The notes beneath the pieces are model-generated. The model saw only the letters and a list, made by a program, of their open reading frames with translations. It was not told the DNA's origin and searched no databases. The position numbers and the translations under genes were made by a program. DNA of 64,000 nt. Source: Azolla caroliniana (taxonomy: Eukaryota; Plantae; Polypodiophyta). Each line of letters starts with the position of its first letter. The stretch's first letter is position 1. Positions 1-13,189 of the stretch are shown one piece after another. The stretch spans positions 14,632,001 through 14,696,000 of the forward strand of contig JBHGNT010000014.1 of the NCBI GenBank assembly GCA_043228905.1, in the 5' to 3' direction.

Positions 1-1830
1 TATTGTCACAAGCGCCGGTAGTGCAAGCTCCGTATTGGTCTAAAGAGTTCCATGTGTTCGTTGACGCGTCCGACATCGCCATCAGGAGAGTGCTTATGCA
101 ACTTACATAACCGAAATGGTACCAGCCAGTGTATTATGCCAGCCAGAAGCTTTCCCAAGAAGAACGTAATTATTCCACAACGGAAAGAGAGGCCTTAGGC
201 ATGATCTACAGTGTCACCAAGTTTAGACACTATCTGGTGGGAAGAAAATTTTCCTTCCATGTAGATCATTCAACGCTCCTTTATTTGGTGTCCAAAGCAT
301 CACTCACCGGTAAGCTGGCCCGGTGGACGTTACTATTACAAGAATTCGAGCTCGAGATATTCCACCGACCTAGCATACAACATGCGGTAGCAAACTATTT
401 GAGCTGATTAGATTCCGGCGAGGCCGGTGACGGCGTCCCAGACGAGTTCTCGGACGCAAAACTGCTTAGAGTCACATCAGAAACGGCAACGGATGGTACG
501 GTCGCAGAGGAAGACAAGTGGCTCACCAACATGCACCAATTTCTGAGCACCGGCTTACCTCCGGAGGAGATGAATAGAGACGAGAGGAAACGCTTAGCGG
601 TGCAAAGCCGGCACCTCTGTCTATTATAGGACACACTGTACCACAAAGGTGTAGATAGCATATGGCGGCGTGCAATGCGCAGCGACGAAAAGGACATAAT
701 ATTGCGCAAAGCACACTGCGGAGTACCTGGAGGACATTATGCCGGAGACGCTACGGCAAGGAAAATATGGCAGAGCGGACTATGGTGGCCAACAACATTG
801 AAGGATGTAGTCCGGTACGCTAAAGAATGCGACCTATGTCAGCGAATAGGCCAACCAACTGAACAAGCCAGGATGCCTCACCAGCTCGTGCTACCGTTAG
901 AACCATTTCAGAAATGGGGGCTGGATTTCGTCGGTCCATTCAAACCACCGGCAATGAGAATCGGCAACCGGTACGTGATTGTCACTACAAATTATTGCAC
1001 AAAATGGGTGGAAGCCAAAGCACTACGCAACAACACCGCGGCACCCACGACAAAATTTTTATATGAATACATCTGGTGCTGGTATGGATGTCCGATAGAG
1101 CTAATAAGTGACCAAGGTGGGCACTTCTTAGGGCAAGTAGTGGAAAGTTTGACGACATTCTATGCGGTGGTGCACAAACGGAGCACTCCCTATTATCCGC
1201 AAGCCAACGGATTAGCTGAGTCAACAAATAAAACACTACAGAACATCCTTCGAAAAATCGTCAATGAGAACCAGACGGATTGGGATACAAAGCTACACAT
1301 TGCACTCTAGGCCTATCGAACGACATATAAGACAAGTATCCGCACAACACCGTTTCGCCTAGCATTCGGATTGGAAGCAGTGATGCCGGTCGAGTTCCAG
1401 GTACCGAGTTTATGATTACAGATTCGGGAACACCTAAATGAGAAGGAATCGGAAGCGATCCGGTTAGCCGCGCTATGCGCATTGGAAGAACACCGGCTAG
1501 CCAGCATTATGCACCTAGAACTAGAGCAGCGGCGAAGGAAAGCGTTCGTAGATCGCCACCGAAAAGGGAACGCAAATATGTTCAAAATCGGTAAGCCGGT
1601 ACTAGTATTCCAGACCCGGATGGGTAAGATGTCGGGGAAGCTACGGTTTCGGTGGACCAGACCATATTGGATTACGCGTGAGTTCAACGGTTCGTACTAG
1701 TTAGGGACACTCGCCGACGAGGTTCTGGGTAAATGGGTCAATGGGTTCCGACTCAAACCATACAATGGACCCATGCCAAGAAACCCATTTGAACAAGTAA
1801 AGGCCGACACAACCGGACACCGGTAAGTCA
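1..1830 (+). pseudogene. Ty3/gypsy (non-chromovirus, Athila-like) pol 3' part: RNase H and integrase, disrupted by stops
   Basis: RH motifs (YYASQKLS..ERNYSTTEREALG, LARWTLLLQEF); integrase HHCC (H..GGH..C..C), KWGLDFVGP, ISDQG, YPQANGLAE; GPY-like WTRPY; several in-frame stops. Confidence 0.9.
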
Positions 1831-1984
1831 GATGAAACGGCAACACAATTAGCAATCGGCAAGAGGGAGCACGAGCCGGCAAACGACAAGAACGACGCGA
1901 CGGCAAGCAGTCCCGTGGCCAGCAAGTCCCACAATTTGGATAGGGGTCCAGCGGGACTAGATGCGAATTAACCAAACAATTTTA

Positions 1985-2055
1985 TCAAAATAAAAATAAA
2001 AATAAAAATAAAATAAATAAAATAAAAATCAAATCAAATCAAATCAAAGTAAATC
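1985..2055 (+). repeat. A-rich simple repeats (TAAAAA)n/(AAATC)n in the spacer between pol and the extra ORF
   Basis: Directly visible. Confidence 0.8.
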
Positions 2056-2223
2056 ATGTAAGGGTGAGGTGTGAACGGACACATGCAAGAACAAGGAGGG
2101 AACAGGCACTTTGAAAAGGTATGTAGTGGGCTATTAATAGGATATTAAACCGCCGCCACATGGCACGTCATTCTATTTTAGTACACAACGTGCACACGCG
2201 CGAGTAAGATAAAAGGCGCCAAC

Positions 2224-5132
2224 ATGCAGCAAGAAAACTCCCACCGCATGGAAGCCTTCACATTTCATGAACAGAGGAGCACAAACGAGCACAGGCGATT
2301 GAAGATCATCAGATGCGTGCCCACGCACATAGAGCCTCCTCAAACACACCCCTCACCAGCGCTCACCGACCTCGAAGAAGCCATGGACTGCCAGGCACTC
2401 TCTGAAGCAACCAAGAAGTGGCTAAGGCAACACAGGTTAGAAGGTTTCCTCACAATCATGGAGGCGCCACCGCACCGGGAGGCGGAGAAGATAGTAAAGG
2501 AAATCGACACTGAACTGATCACGGAGGAGGCCATCCATGCTTTGATTGGCCTTCCGGAGGGGGGCATCTTCACTATCGACAACCCTACCCTGGAGCAGCT
2601 CCGAAAATATTTTGGGAAATACTCTCTGGCCAGCAAGGCCTACCGAACACAAGGCAGCGAAGATCCACTATTTCGAGAGATTGCCCGTGTGCTCCATGAA
2701 TTTGGACATGTATACCCTCAACCCCCGTGCATGCCTCAGATCCGAGCCAGCTTAATCATAGCAACATATGAAGGCGTGAAGGTGGACTGGCCGGTACTAA
2801 CTGCGGATGGCCTCTGTGCGGCCATCGACTCTGTAAGAGGCAAGGAGGGTCGGAAGATATGGACGGCAGTGGCGCAATGGCTCACCCTATTGGCGCCACC
2901 TATCAAACCCGTCAAGACCACGAAGCGGGGAAGAACAACCGAAGGCACCCCGAAAACGGCAGCAGCTGTTGGCCTCTAAGGCAACCAAAGGGAAGGCGGC
3001 AGACACGGACCAGGCGGCAAAGGAGCGCGCCAATAGGAAGCGGCAGGCAGAAACGCAAGAGGAGACACCGGCACGGCCAATCAAGATCAGACTTCACCGA
3101 CCAGTTCAACAAGAGCCGGACCCCTTGGCAACAAAAATCAACATCGGGACTCAGGAGGAGGAAACAGAGGAGGAACCGTTAGAGCACCTCCAACGGTGCC
3201 AGAAGGCAAGCACCTCCGAACAGGTCGGGGAGCGTTCGGACCCAAAGAAGGATGGAACGCCTCTACCCCGCACTGAGCATCCCGCACCAAGAGTGGAACC
3301 GAAACCGGTTCGGCTAGAACCGGTCACAGAGCTCCCGACACAACAAACTATACCGGCGGGTCAGGATACGGCAAGACCCGAAATGCAACTGTCGGAAGTA
3401 CAATTGCCTACCCCACCGACAGGTCAAGAGCAATCAGAGGCGGAGCGGCCAACGGAGCCGCAACCAGAACCAGAACGGCAAAGTGGTCACCAACCAGAGA
3501 CAAAGTTGCAGCTCGGCGCAACCGGACGAAACTGACCACTGGCCAGCGACACCAACAGCCAACCCTTCGGGCAGATGCAACAACAGGGCACCGACAGCCA
3601 ATGGCTCCGGTGGATTGGAGAACAGATTGCCGGAGTAATGCACTACATAGAGGCGGAAGAGAAAGCGCATATGGACCGGTTGCTAGTCACACCGGAGAAC
3701 TAGAGATGGCTCGGTCGAGGATCCAAAGCCTGGAACAAGACTTGGACCTAGCCACAAAAGAATTGGCCAAAATGGCCTTAACCGGACCACTGATCCAAGC
3801 ACCGGTGACTCCGGTAGATATACAGAATAAAGACACACCGGCACCTGTACATAGCAATAAGACCCCAGAGATGGAACCAGTCCCGGAGATAGTGGCGGCG
3901 CAAGCAAAAGAGCTTGCTGAATTGAAAGATGAACTGGCCGCACAAGAAGCACTACGCACCCGAGAAAGGGACTTGAAAGCGGCGGAAGAAGAACAAAGGA
4001 AGACTGTTGAGAACCTCTGCCGGGTAGAAGACAATCTGAGGAAAGGACATCAGGCATATGACCGGCTTAAGGAGGAGAAAGAGAAAACACTGCAAGAAAA
4101 GGAGAAGCTGCGATGGATGGCGGAAACGGAGATTGAAAGACTTAAAGAAGAACTCCGTCAACAGAAGGATCGGGAAGACCGCGCTCGCCGGCAACTCAAC
4201 CAAAAGCTGAAGCAGAAGACCGATGATTTTGAGCACCTGCACCAGGACTACAAGCACCTGGATATGGAGCATAAGAAGCAACAGGAGAAGATGGCAGAGC
4301 TCCGACAGGGGGTTCATCGAGCTGAGCGGCGCTAGCAGAGGAACGGGTTGAAAGAACCACGCTACTAGAGGAAGCCGCACAAGAACGTATGGAGCTCCAT
4401 AAGCAGCATTATGAAGAGAAGGAAAGAGCGACAATGGTATATTGCAGAGGTTGCAGAACACCTACCAACACCAATTGTCACATTACCGGGAGCAGGAGGG
4501 AGACGGACACAGTGGCGCTGATCAAGCAATTGAAGGAAGAACGGCAAGCCGTGGACGACAAATCGAAGATGGGACTTGAGCGGATCCAGTTCATTGTCCA
4601 GGCATGGAGGAACAAGACCAAAATCTTGATTGAAGAAAGCTCCGCGCAATGGTGGGATAAATGGGCAAAGCACACAACCAAGCTCCAATTGCTAAGGGTA
4701 GACGCGGAGAACCGGCAGAAGGATGGCGACGACTGCTACATGCTAACAAAGGAGGACCTCACTGCCGTAAGAGATGAGTTAGCAGAAGATTTTGTAACTC
4801 TGGCGGAGGAACAATCAGTAGTGGTCTGGCAATTGGTAGCACAGCTGGATGATGATCGACTGGATGCTGAAATCCAGTTTGAAAGCTATGAGCGGACCAG
4901 GCTACGGAAAGAAGAAGCAAAGCAGGCGGCGACCGTCAACCTCAGCGATGAGGAGCCATCACGGGGGCAAGGACCGGACGGAGACAAGGCCGGGGCGAGT
5001 CAACCGGAGTCAAATTTGGCAGAGCAGCTGACGAAGGAATTACCGCCACAACCGCAGGTACTGGGAGCCGATCAAACACCATCCAAGCCACAACATCCAC
5101 AGCCACAACAGCAGCAGCCACAGCCACAGTAG
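2224..5132 (+). pseudogene. Extra 3' ORF of the gypsy element (frameshifted; PMD-like N-terminus, Pro/Glu-rich linker, long coiled coil)
   Basis: Consecutive ORFs 2224-2979, 2969-3535, 3601-4335 and 4389-5132 on the pol strand; motif ITEEAIHALIGLPEGG; E/K/Q/R-rich heptad region. Confidence 0.6.
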
Positions 5133-5292
5133 CAACAACAGAGTTCCAAAGAAGCATTGGACACCCTGGAGCAGAGTATTCTGGATATCTTGGACGAAGT
5201 CTAAGGGCCGGATAGTGGTATTCGACGTACAAGGTACTGTCCCACGTTCGTGCCATGTGTTACCCGGCTGGCAAAGGAGTTAAAGACCAGAA

Positions 5293-5699
5293 TGTGAAAG
5301 GGAATGCTTATTCGGAATAGATTATAATTAAGTAGTTTATAAGACGTGAACGGACGGACCGGAATCGGTATGCCGATCTGGATCTGGACCGGTTCCGAAC
5401 AAGTGCCGGTTGGCACTGTTTTGTACTCAGCACCGATGACCTATATAAAGGCCCAGTTACAATGTAAAACCTTGACGGATAATTAATAGAACTGTTTGTT
5501 TTATCTTTAAGTGTTGATTACCGTTTTGTGCTAATTGTTCTATCATACGCGTGTATCAATCTAATGCCATATTGCTAAGTAACTAATTAAAGTCCGATTA
5601 ATCATTGTGTCTTAAGTTGTCTCGCCGTAACACCCCTTTGGTGAAGTGTCTTCCGCAGACACCCTCTGTTAAGCCATTGTCTAGCCCTAAGGAATAACA
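5293..5699 (+). repeat. Probable 3' LTR of the gypsy element (boundaries approximate)
   Basis: TGT start after a purine-rich tract, internal TATATAAA, ends ..AACA where copia coding sequence begins; the partner LTR is outside the window. Confidence 0.45.
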
Positions 5700-8136
5700 T
5701 CTATGGTGTGTCTCTGTCAAAGGGTGCTAAGGGTGATCTTTTTATCACGTACGTCATCGTCATCAACGCCTCAACCCAAAACGTCTTGGACAACTTGGCA
5801 TGAGCAAGCATGCTCCAAACTCTCTCCATCACAACCCTGTTTATCCTTTCGGCTGGTTCGTTCAGTTCCGGTGTCTTCGGCACGCTGAATTCGAGCCAAA
5901 TTCTCATCGACCGACAATACTCCTCGAACTGCCCCTAGTATTCACCCCCGTTGTTCGCTCGAACAGCTTCAACTTCTGACCGGTTTCCCTTTCCACTCTC
6001 GCGAGAAATTCCTTGAAAACGGATAATATATGGTCCTTCATCTTCAGTGGTGAGACCCACAGCTTCCGGCTATGGTCATCTATGAACGTCACAAAGTACT
6101 GCGATCTGGCATGTGACTTCGTGTCCACTTGGCATACATCGGTATGCACAAGTTCGAGTGGTGCATTCTGTTTCAACGGTAGTGGGGTTCGGAAAGAGGT
6201 TCGGTTTTGTTTGTCGGCCAAACAGTCAGTGCACTTCTCAAGTTGCACGTCTTTCACCTCCGGAATGAGGTTATCTTCGGCAAGGCTACACATCCCTTTC
6301 TGGCTTATGTGACACAACCTCTTGTGCCACAACTCACCAGCAATGTGGAATGCCACATTTACTTCCTCCCGGCAAATCCAGGCATGCATTAGGTATAGTG
6401 TGTTGACCTTTTGGGCTCGGGCCACGATTAGGCTTCCTTTGCTAAACTTCATGACTCCGTTCCGGATGCTACCCGTGTAGCCTTCATCATCCATCTGACC
6501 AGCCGATATCAGGTTCAACCGAACCTCCGAAACGTGTCGGACATCTTTCAGCAGCAGCTTGCACCCGGTTGACGTCATCAACAACACGTCTCCCGTGCCG
6601 ACAATTCGGTATGCGCCTTCATTTCCCATCCGAACATAATCGTGATCTCCGGCTCTGTAGGATGAGAAGCACTTTCGGTCGGGGGTCCAATGAAATGACG
6701 TGCCGGAGTTAATCACCCACGTCGTTTCATCGCTAACAAGATGCATCTCAAATTCCTTAGTGATGAGCTGTAGTTCTCCCTCACTTGTTGCGATTGCGGA
6801 CGTGTCTCTTCTCTCCGAAATCTTTTTCGGTTCTGGACCATCGGCTCCCCCATTGGCTTTCCGGAAGTGTTGGCAATTCTTTCGGAAGTGCCCCGAAGCA
6901 GGTGGGCCTCCCCCTTGACTTTGACCTTGTCCCCGATTTGTCCCGGTTCTGGGGACTCCGATTCCGGCCTCTTCCCCGCTTAGTGTCATCTTCTGTAACC
7001 AAGGACTTCAGATCGGTTCCTGACTCACGGTCCTTCCGGCGAGCTTCTTCATCCAACAAGCTTGATTTTACCCTTGCTAGGGATAGGTGTTTACCTTCCG
7101 GCCCGGCGTTGCCCAAAGTGACAAGTAGCGTCTCCGAACTATCCGTGAGGGAGCTGAGCAACAACAATGTGAGTACCTCATCGGTTAGAGGTACTTCCAA
7201 AGAGGTTGTTTGGTTTATCAGCCCCTGGAAGGCATTCATGTGCTCCGCCATACTGGAGCCGTCTTGATATTTGAGTCACACTAATTTCCAAAAGACCGAG
7301 ACTCTATTTATGGTATTCTTGTTCTCAAACGTGATGCCTATCTTTTCCCAGAGTTCATGAGCCTTACTCTTTTCATTGAAGTTGTTGTGCAGGCTCATGT
7401 CGATGAAGCATCGAATATAGGCTGTTGTCTTCATATGCATTACCTCCCATGTTGATGCATCAATCTTGTATGGTATTTTGTTCCTAAACTATATCGATAA
7501 CCAAAGATCTTTAACCACAAGCATGTCCCTCATCTTTGACGTCCACACTTAGTAGTTGGAGCCGGTGAGTTTGAACATGCCGTCGAATGGATCTTCCATG
7601 CTCTAATACCAGATTGTGCAGAATAGTGCTCGACCACGGCCCACAACTGAGTCTCACTCACTCAATGGAAGAAAATAGAAAATAGAAAATAAGACGACAT
7701 CGAGTATTAATGTGGAAAACCTCAAGAGGCAAAACCACGGGAGTTCTCGGAACTCCGAATATGTTCATTATAGAGGAGACTCAGAGGCAACGACCTCGAG
7801 GTCTACCTTCGCCAACCGACAATTAAAACAGAAAAGCTTTCTGTATCTCTCTCTCTCTCTACAACGATACAACAGAAAAATCACAATAATGATCAATGCT
7901 TATAACAATGTTGCCCTAGTTATATTTATACTTCTATAACTTTGGTGTTATTTACAAATAGGACCTCAATGGTCACGTCTGAACATATTTACTAATATGT
8001 TCCTATTTGCTGGTTCATACCGGATCTGGCCGGACTCCTTTTGGATCCATCTGGTTTGGTTCCGTCCTTCGTCCTGTCTGATCCGGCTCGTCTGGTTCTA
8101 ATTCGAATCCCATCCGTAGGGACTTGTTTCCCAACA
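5700..8136 (-). mobile_element. Ty1/copia 5' part (LTR, PBS, gag, protease, GAG-pre-integrase, integrase), degenerate, cut off by the gypsy element
   Basis: WVINSGTSFH, LWHKRLCH, LVHTDVC, FVTFIDDHSRK; PBS TGGTATTAGAGC (iMet type) at 7600-7611. Confidence 0.9.
7615..8136 (-). repeat. 5' LTR of copia element
   Basis: Starts TGTTGGGAAAC..GTCCCT.CGGATGGG on minus, matching the start of the LTR at 58612; ends next to the PBS. Confidence 0.75.
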
Positions 8137-8318
8137 CAAACCATGATCTAGAGTGCCGCTTACATACCTCACTATTCGATGCACACACTGCATATGCTCC
8201 AAGCCAATCGACATCCATATAGCTGACTACTTGCCTGACAACACCGTCTTGTACAACAAACCATGATCCAAAGTGCCGCTTACATACCTCACTATTCGAT
8301 CCACGCACTGCATATTAT
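8137..8318. repeat. About 60-bp imperfect direct repeat pair
   Basis: CAAACCATGATC..AGTGCCGCTTACATACCTCACTATTCGAT at about 8137 and 8257. Confidence 0.75.
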
Positions 8319-9299
8319 GCTCGATTGTCGGCTTCTACATAAATTGATTGATCAAGCTGACAGGATACCTCAAATCATCTGGCACTTGTTTCTTTTGCAT
8401 TGTTCTATTGGAGGAATCCGAGGATAGTACACATAGGTTCATTAAATGTCCTATAGTGTGTATAATTTAGAAGTACTTATCAAACATTCGGCAAGTTTTA
8501 ACCCATTGTTTGAAACCTCAACAATGGGTTTTTTCTCAATATGTTCAAACTGGTTCAAATGATGAGATGGAGATATTGTTTCAAATTTTACGTTATTGGG
8601 GACTACAACATAATTGGAATATGTGTAATGCTTTCATGTTTGATAATAGACATGGGGTGAAAGCATATATAAAGAAGCTGAAAGGTATTCTCATGTGGAC
8701 TTTTTGGATGTTAGAGCATGTGGGGATCATTTCCTCAAATGCATATTCAAGTTTTTAATAGTATTACAGAACGTTCCGCTCCCTAATAGGCATATATGAT
8801 AGGTAGGAGGAGACTAAGAAGTGTTGTAACTGAGTGGATTTTACATACAATTAATATAATTGTGTGCTTTTACCGAGAGAGAGAGAGAGAGAGAGAGAGT
8901 CAATAGGCAGAGGGAGTCTAGCAAGTCCCAGATTGCTACATGTAGCCTTGGAACATCGGACGTAAACAACAAAAGAATCAAAAGAGCAAAGATTCGGTGG
9001 ATCAAGCTATAGGTAGCTTAAATGTCAGTCTGGTTACTTCTAGTGTTATGATACAACTTACCACATAATAACTTATGGTCATGCCCATAACAATTAGGCA
9101 CGTAATTGTCGGGCGGTTCTATACTGGCCGGCTCACTACTACTGGGCACACGTAAATATCGGCCGGCCGACTCTCTCTATATTTGGCTGGCTTTTTATCT
9201 GTTTCTATGCCATTGTTAATCTCTTTTTGTTCTTTCTTTTCTCAATCATTAGCTTACCCTAATTCATCATTGGACCAGAAGGCCTACGTCGTGGGTTCG

Positions 9300-9310
9300 A
9301 AACCCTAATC
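9300..9310 (+). promoter_or_regulatory. Telo-box (AAACCCTAAT) upstream of the JmjC gene, followed by a CT-rich leader microsatellite (9330-9392)
   Basis: Motif match about 210 bp before the ATG; function not shown. Confidence 0.5.
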
Positions 9311-9513
9311 TCACTTCTCTGTTACTCCATATCTCTCTCTGTCTCTCTCTGTCTCTGTCTGTCTGTCTGTTTTTCTCTCTCTCTCTCTCTCTGCAGCATA
9401 TACTCTTCTGCTCTTGTTCCCACCATGAATCGCAGAGCTAAACCAAGAATCCATGGTCTGTAGGAGGCGGACGAAGGAACCCCCCCTCCCTCTCCCAACC
9501 ATCCATCCATGCC

Positions 9514-12500
9514 ATGGAAGCTGCCTCAGAGGACAGCAGGATGGCCTTAGCAGCTATGGTGCACCTTCTCTCCATCGCTTCAAGAGATTCTTTGATCTCC
9601 CCTTCTGACGCTGTTAAACGGAGTGCCATGGTTTCGCTGCGAGTCATCCAACGTTCCATTTCTTCTTCTTCTTCTTCTTCCTTGAGAAATCTTGTTTTCC
9701 TAGGTTTAACGGCCTGCATGCCTTACCTTCTCTCCCTCTCCCTCACGTAAGTATCAAAATCTTTGTTTTGAAGCACTTCCGTATAAATGCTTTTTGACGT
9801 AAAATGTTGTGTCAAAATATCAAGGGAAAGAACTATTTTGATTCTCCTAAGCTTCCTATTCCGTTCTTTTCGAACAAAAGTCTCGCTGAACTATTCTGTT
9901 TAGCCTTCCTTTTCTTTCTCTCCTGCAAAAATTTGATTCTGTTAACATTCCTTTCTTCCGTCAAACTCTCCTTTTGGACTAAGATTCCTCCAAATATCAA
10001 GAAAAGCACACGGAAAATTATCATCCGAAAATCTCAATAAGGAAACAAGTCAAAATATAAACAGAGAAATCCGTAAAATCTCAAGAAAAGTACGATCTTT
10101 GATTCTGTTAACCGTCCTTTATTATAATTCTATAAATGGCATTAATCTAATATAGATATGTTCGAATTCCAGTCAGACGTCTATCGTCAGGAAGAGTGCA
10201 GAAGTTTTAGGAGACATGGCTTTAGGTTCTTACCAATCGGCCCTGCAAATCTTGCATGACGAGGCTGTTATGAAAACACTGGTTAGCCTTTTGATGGTTA
10301 AACATGCAGGTATTCTGTGCTTGATTGAAAAAAATCTGACTATACATATTTGTTCTAAAGTTGTACACATTTATTATATTTTCTCATGATGCATGAAGGG
10401 GGGCTTGGATGATTGGTTAAAGGAAAAAATTCATTGAACTCTGTAGGTATTGTAATTGAAGCATGCCATGTGATCACAAACCTTTCAGCTTGCAGATTGG
10501 GAAGAACTGTGCTTTATGACTTTGGAGCGGTCCGCAGGCTTTTGTAAGTATTTTGAAAATAACATCTTTGCAAAATATGGCAGAACATCTACTTTGGTAA
10601 ACCTTTTGGCAGACTTTTGATTTCATTGGTTGCAGAGACCATCAGTGGATCTGAGGTAGATAAGCCATTTGATTTGAATGCGAAATGGCATGGTCTGCCT
10701 CGAAACCAAGACATAATGTTTTTTGCAATCTTGGATACTCTGAATGCTTTGACCCACAATGCTTTTTGTGAATGTTTGAGAATGATCCCGAAAGGGAAAC
10801 ATATCATGCTTCTGCAAAGATTTCAAGCTTTATGGAAGTGGTTCTGCCATCATGGCTATCTCATTCGTGATAAGGTACATATATTGTGCAAGGTTATAGT
10901 TTGGCTCGCGATGGAGCAAGAAGTTGTATATTCTCATGGTGAGTGTGGAGAAGTTCTCCATTGCTTGTTTGGTGGAATGAAAGATGATTTTGAGCATTTT
11001 TGGGATAGCCACTGGGAAAAACACCCCTTCATGACAAAAGCCAAAAGTGTTGAGAATGAAGCTCGGGCTAATTTGTTTGGTGATGGATGGTCTTCAAGAA
11101 AGGGCGAGTTTGTTATAAAAGAGTTTATGGCCAGAGCTTTGGCATGCCCTCTTTTCAGTGCTGATGAGGTTGAAGCTTCAAAAGTATATGAAGAAATAGA
11201 GGAAAATCTTGGTAAATTGCTTATCTTTGAACAAGATATCAGGCTTGTGAAATCAGTGCATACAGGAATCGGCACAGTGCAAGAAATAGATTATCACAAA
11301 GTTACATCAGATTCCTATGACACAAAAGATCCTCTCCTCTTTGCTGATATTGATACTTGTATTGATGCATACAATTCAGGTTACACTATTGCCTTGAGGG
11401 GAATGGAGTTTAGGAGTCCACAAGTTGCTATGATAGCGGAAGAACTTGCAGTATGTTTTGGGCAAGTTACAGTGGGAGCAAACATGTATTTAACTCCATC
11501 GAATGCTCAAGGTTTTAAACCTCACCTTGATGATCATTGTGTCTTTGTTTGGCAGATTATTGGATCCAAAGCTTGGAAGATATGGTCTTCTAAATATGAG
11601 CTCCCTCGATTATATACACAACATGTTGAAGTTTCAAATAATTACGAAGAAGATGCATTGAGCCTAATACTCAATGAAGGTAGTGTCTTATATATTCCTC
11701 GTGGTTTTCCTCATGAAGCTACCACTGAGAAACAAACTCTAAAGATTATGGAGCCTCTTGTACCATGCATTGATTGCAAAGTGTTGAGTGAAGATCTCAC
11801 AACCAACCTCAAACCACAATACAGTATCGGTATCATTGCCCAGGAATTTGAGGAATGCAGAGATAAGGTTGCACCCCCAGTACTGTTAACAGACACAAAT
11901 GTAGTAGCTGTTGCTGGGCGTTCTCAAAAAAGACTCAAGGATTCTCATGAGGCGTTTAGAAGTGAAACAGATGAATCTTTACATATCACATTTGGAGTGG
12001 AAGTTGAACCGCCTTTTGAGTAAGTATGAAATTTCAGTGCTTTAATTGGTCTTGATATATACAATGGGCTATTATTCGTTTGTCTACATGTCATGATTGT
12101 CACATATGTATGCTGTCTACTTTGTAGTTCGTGAAATTCGGGGACTGCTTTGGCAAAATAGATTTGCAATCATACCTTCTAGCAACCATAAGTATACCAT
12201 CATTCTCCTTCAGTTCTTGGGATGAACACCTCTATGACTGGGTCCATACTAGTTTCTCAGTTCTTGGGATGAACACCTCTATGACTGGGTCCATACTAGT
12301 TTCTATAGCAATTAAAGATTAGATAAAAGGAGCATAAAGATTTACCAATTATACATGCACTTCTGGAATCCCATCAATTATCCATATGAGAATCTCCACA
12401 TCCAGTCACCAACAATAATTTTAAAACATTGCTACTGGTTTAAGGCTTTTATACAAGTGAAAACTAGTATATCTTTTTGAAAGCTGAAATGTAATATTAT

Positions 12501-13189
12501 TGATATTAATTCCTGTCTATGTGTATCTGAATTTTTTGACTAATAATAGATTTGTTTACTGCTTCTGGCCCAGTTGGGAAGGTTTTGTGCATATGTCGCT
12601 TCATTCCTGGGCCGAAAATCAGAATTGGAATGATATTCTTGGCTGGCGGGAGGCATCTGATATTTCTACAAAGAAATTTGGCGAATTATGTACAGGGTTG
12701 CTACATGTTGCTGTGAGGTCATGTGGTGATAAATTCTTCACACTCCGAAAAGCATGCTTGGTCGCCGCCAAGCCATTACTATTGCATCATCAAAAGATCA
12801 ATACTGATAGTTTGGAGTCATTTTTCCAATCATTGATAGTATATGTTGGTCAAAAAGCTGATTTCAACGAAGCATTTGATATTCTATTAAGTGCTATAGA
12901 TAGGAAGGAAGGATCTTCTTTAGATTGGATGTGTTGGTTGAGGCATTTGCCATCTCAAGGGAAACCAAACGTTTGGTCGGAACCTATGACTTTTTTTTGT
13001 GAGAGATTATTGGATTGTAGATCAGATGCAAGTTTGAAAAATCTGGAAGCTGGATTTATCAACTGTAAGAACAATTTTGTTTCCTGTTGTAGTTTCTCAG
13101 AAGCACAAAACTTGTTTGTGACACTCTTGTATAAATACAGGAATGTAAGAAAGAGGTATACAAATGGCATGCTGGCTTTGCAAGTTTAA
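9514..13189 (+). CDS. ARM-like + JmjC (cupin_4; NO66/MINA/ROX-like) 2-oxoglutarate/Fe(II) dioxygenase, about 829 aa; exons 9514-9746, 10173-10309, 10447-10543, 10613-12019, 12574-13189
   Basis: GT-AG introns with matching phases give a 2490-nt open frame; ANMYLTP..QGFKPHLDDH (HxD), GSKAWKIW, LYIPRGFPHEA (distal His). Confidence 0.88.
12210..12303. repeat. Perfect 47-bp tandem duplication in intron 4
   Basis: TCAGTTCTTGGGATGAACACCTCTATGACTGGGTCCATACTAGTTTC x2. Confidence 0.9.
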
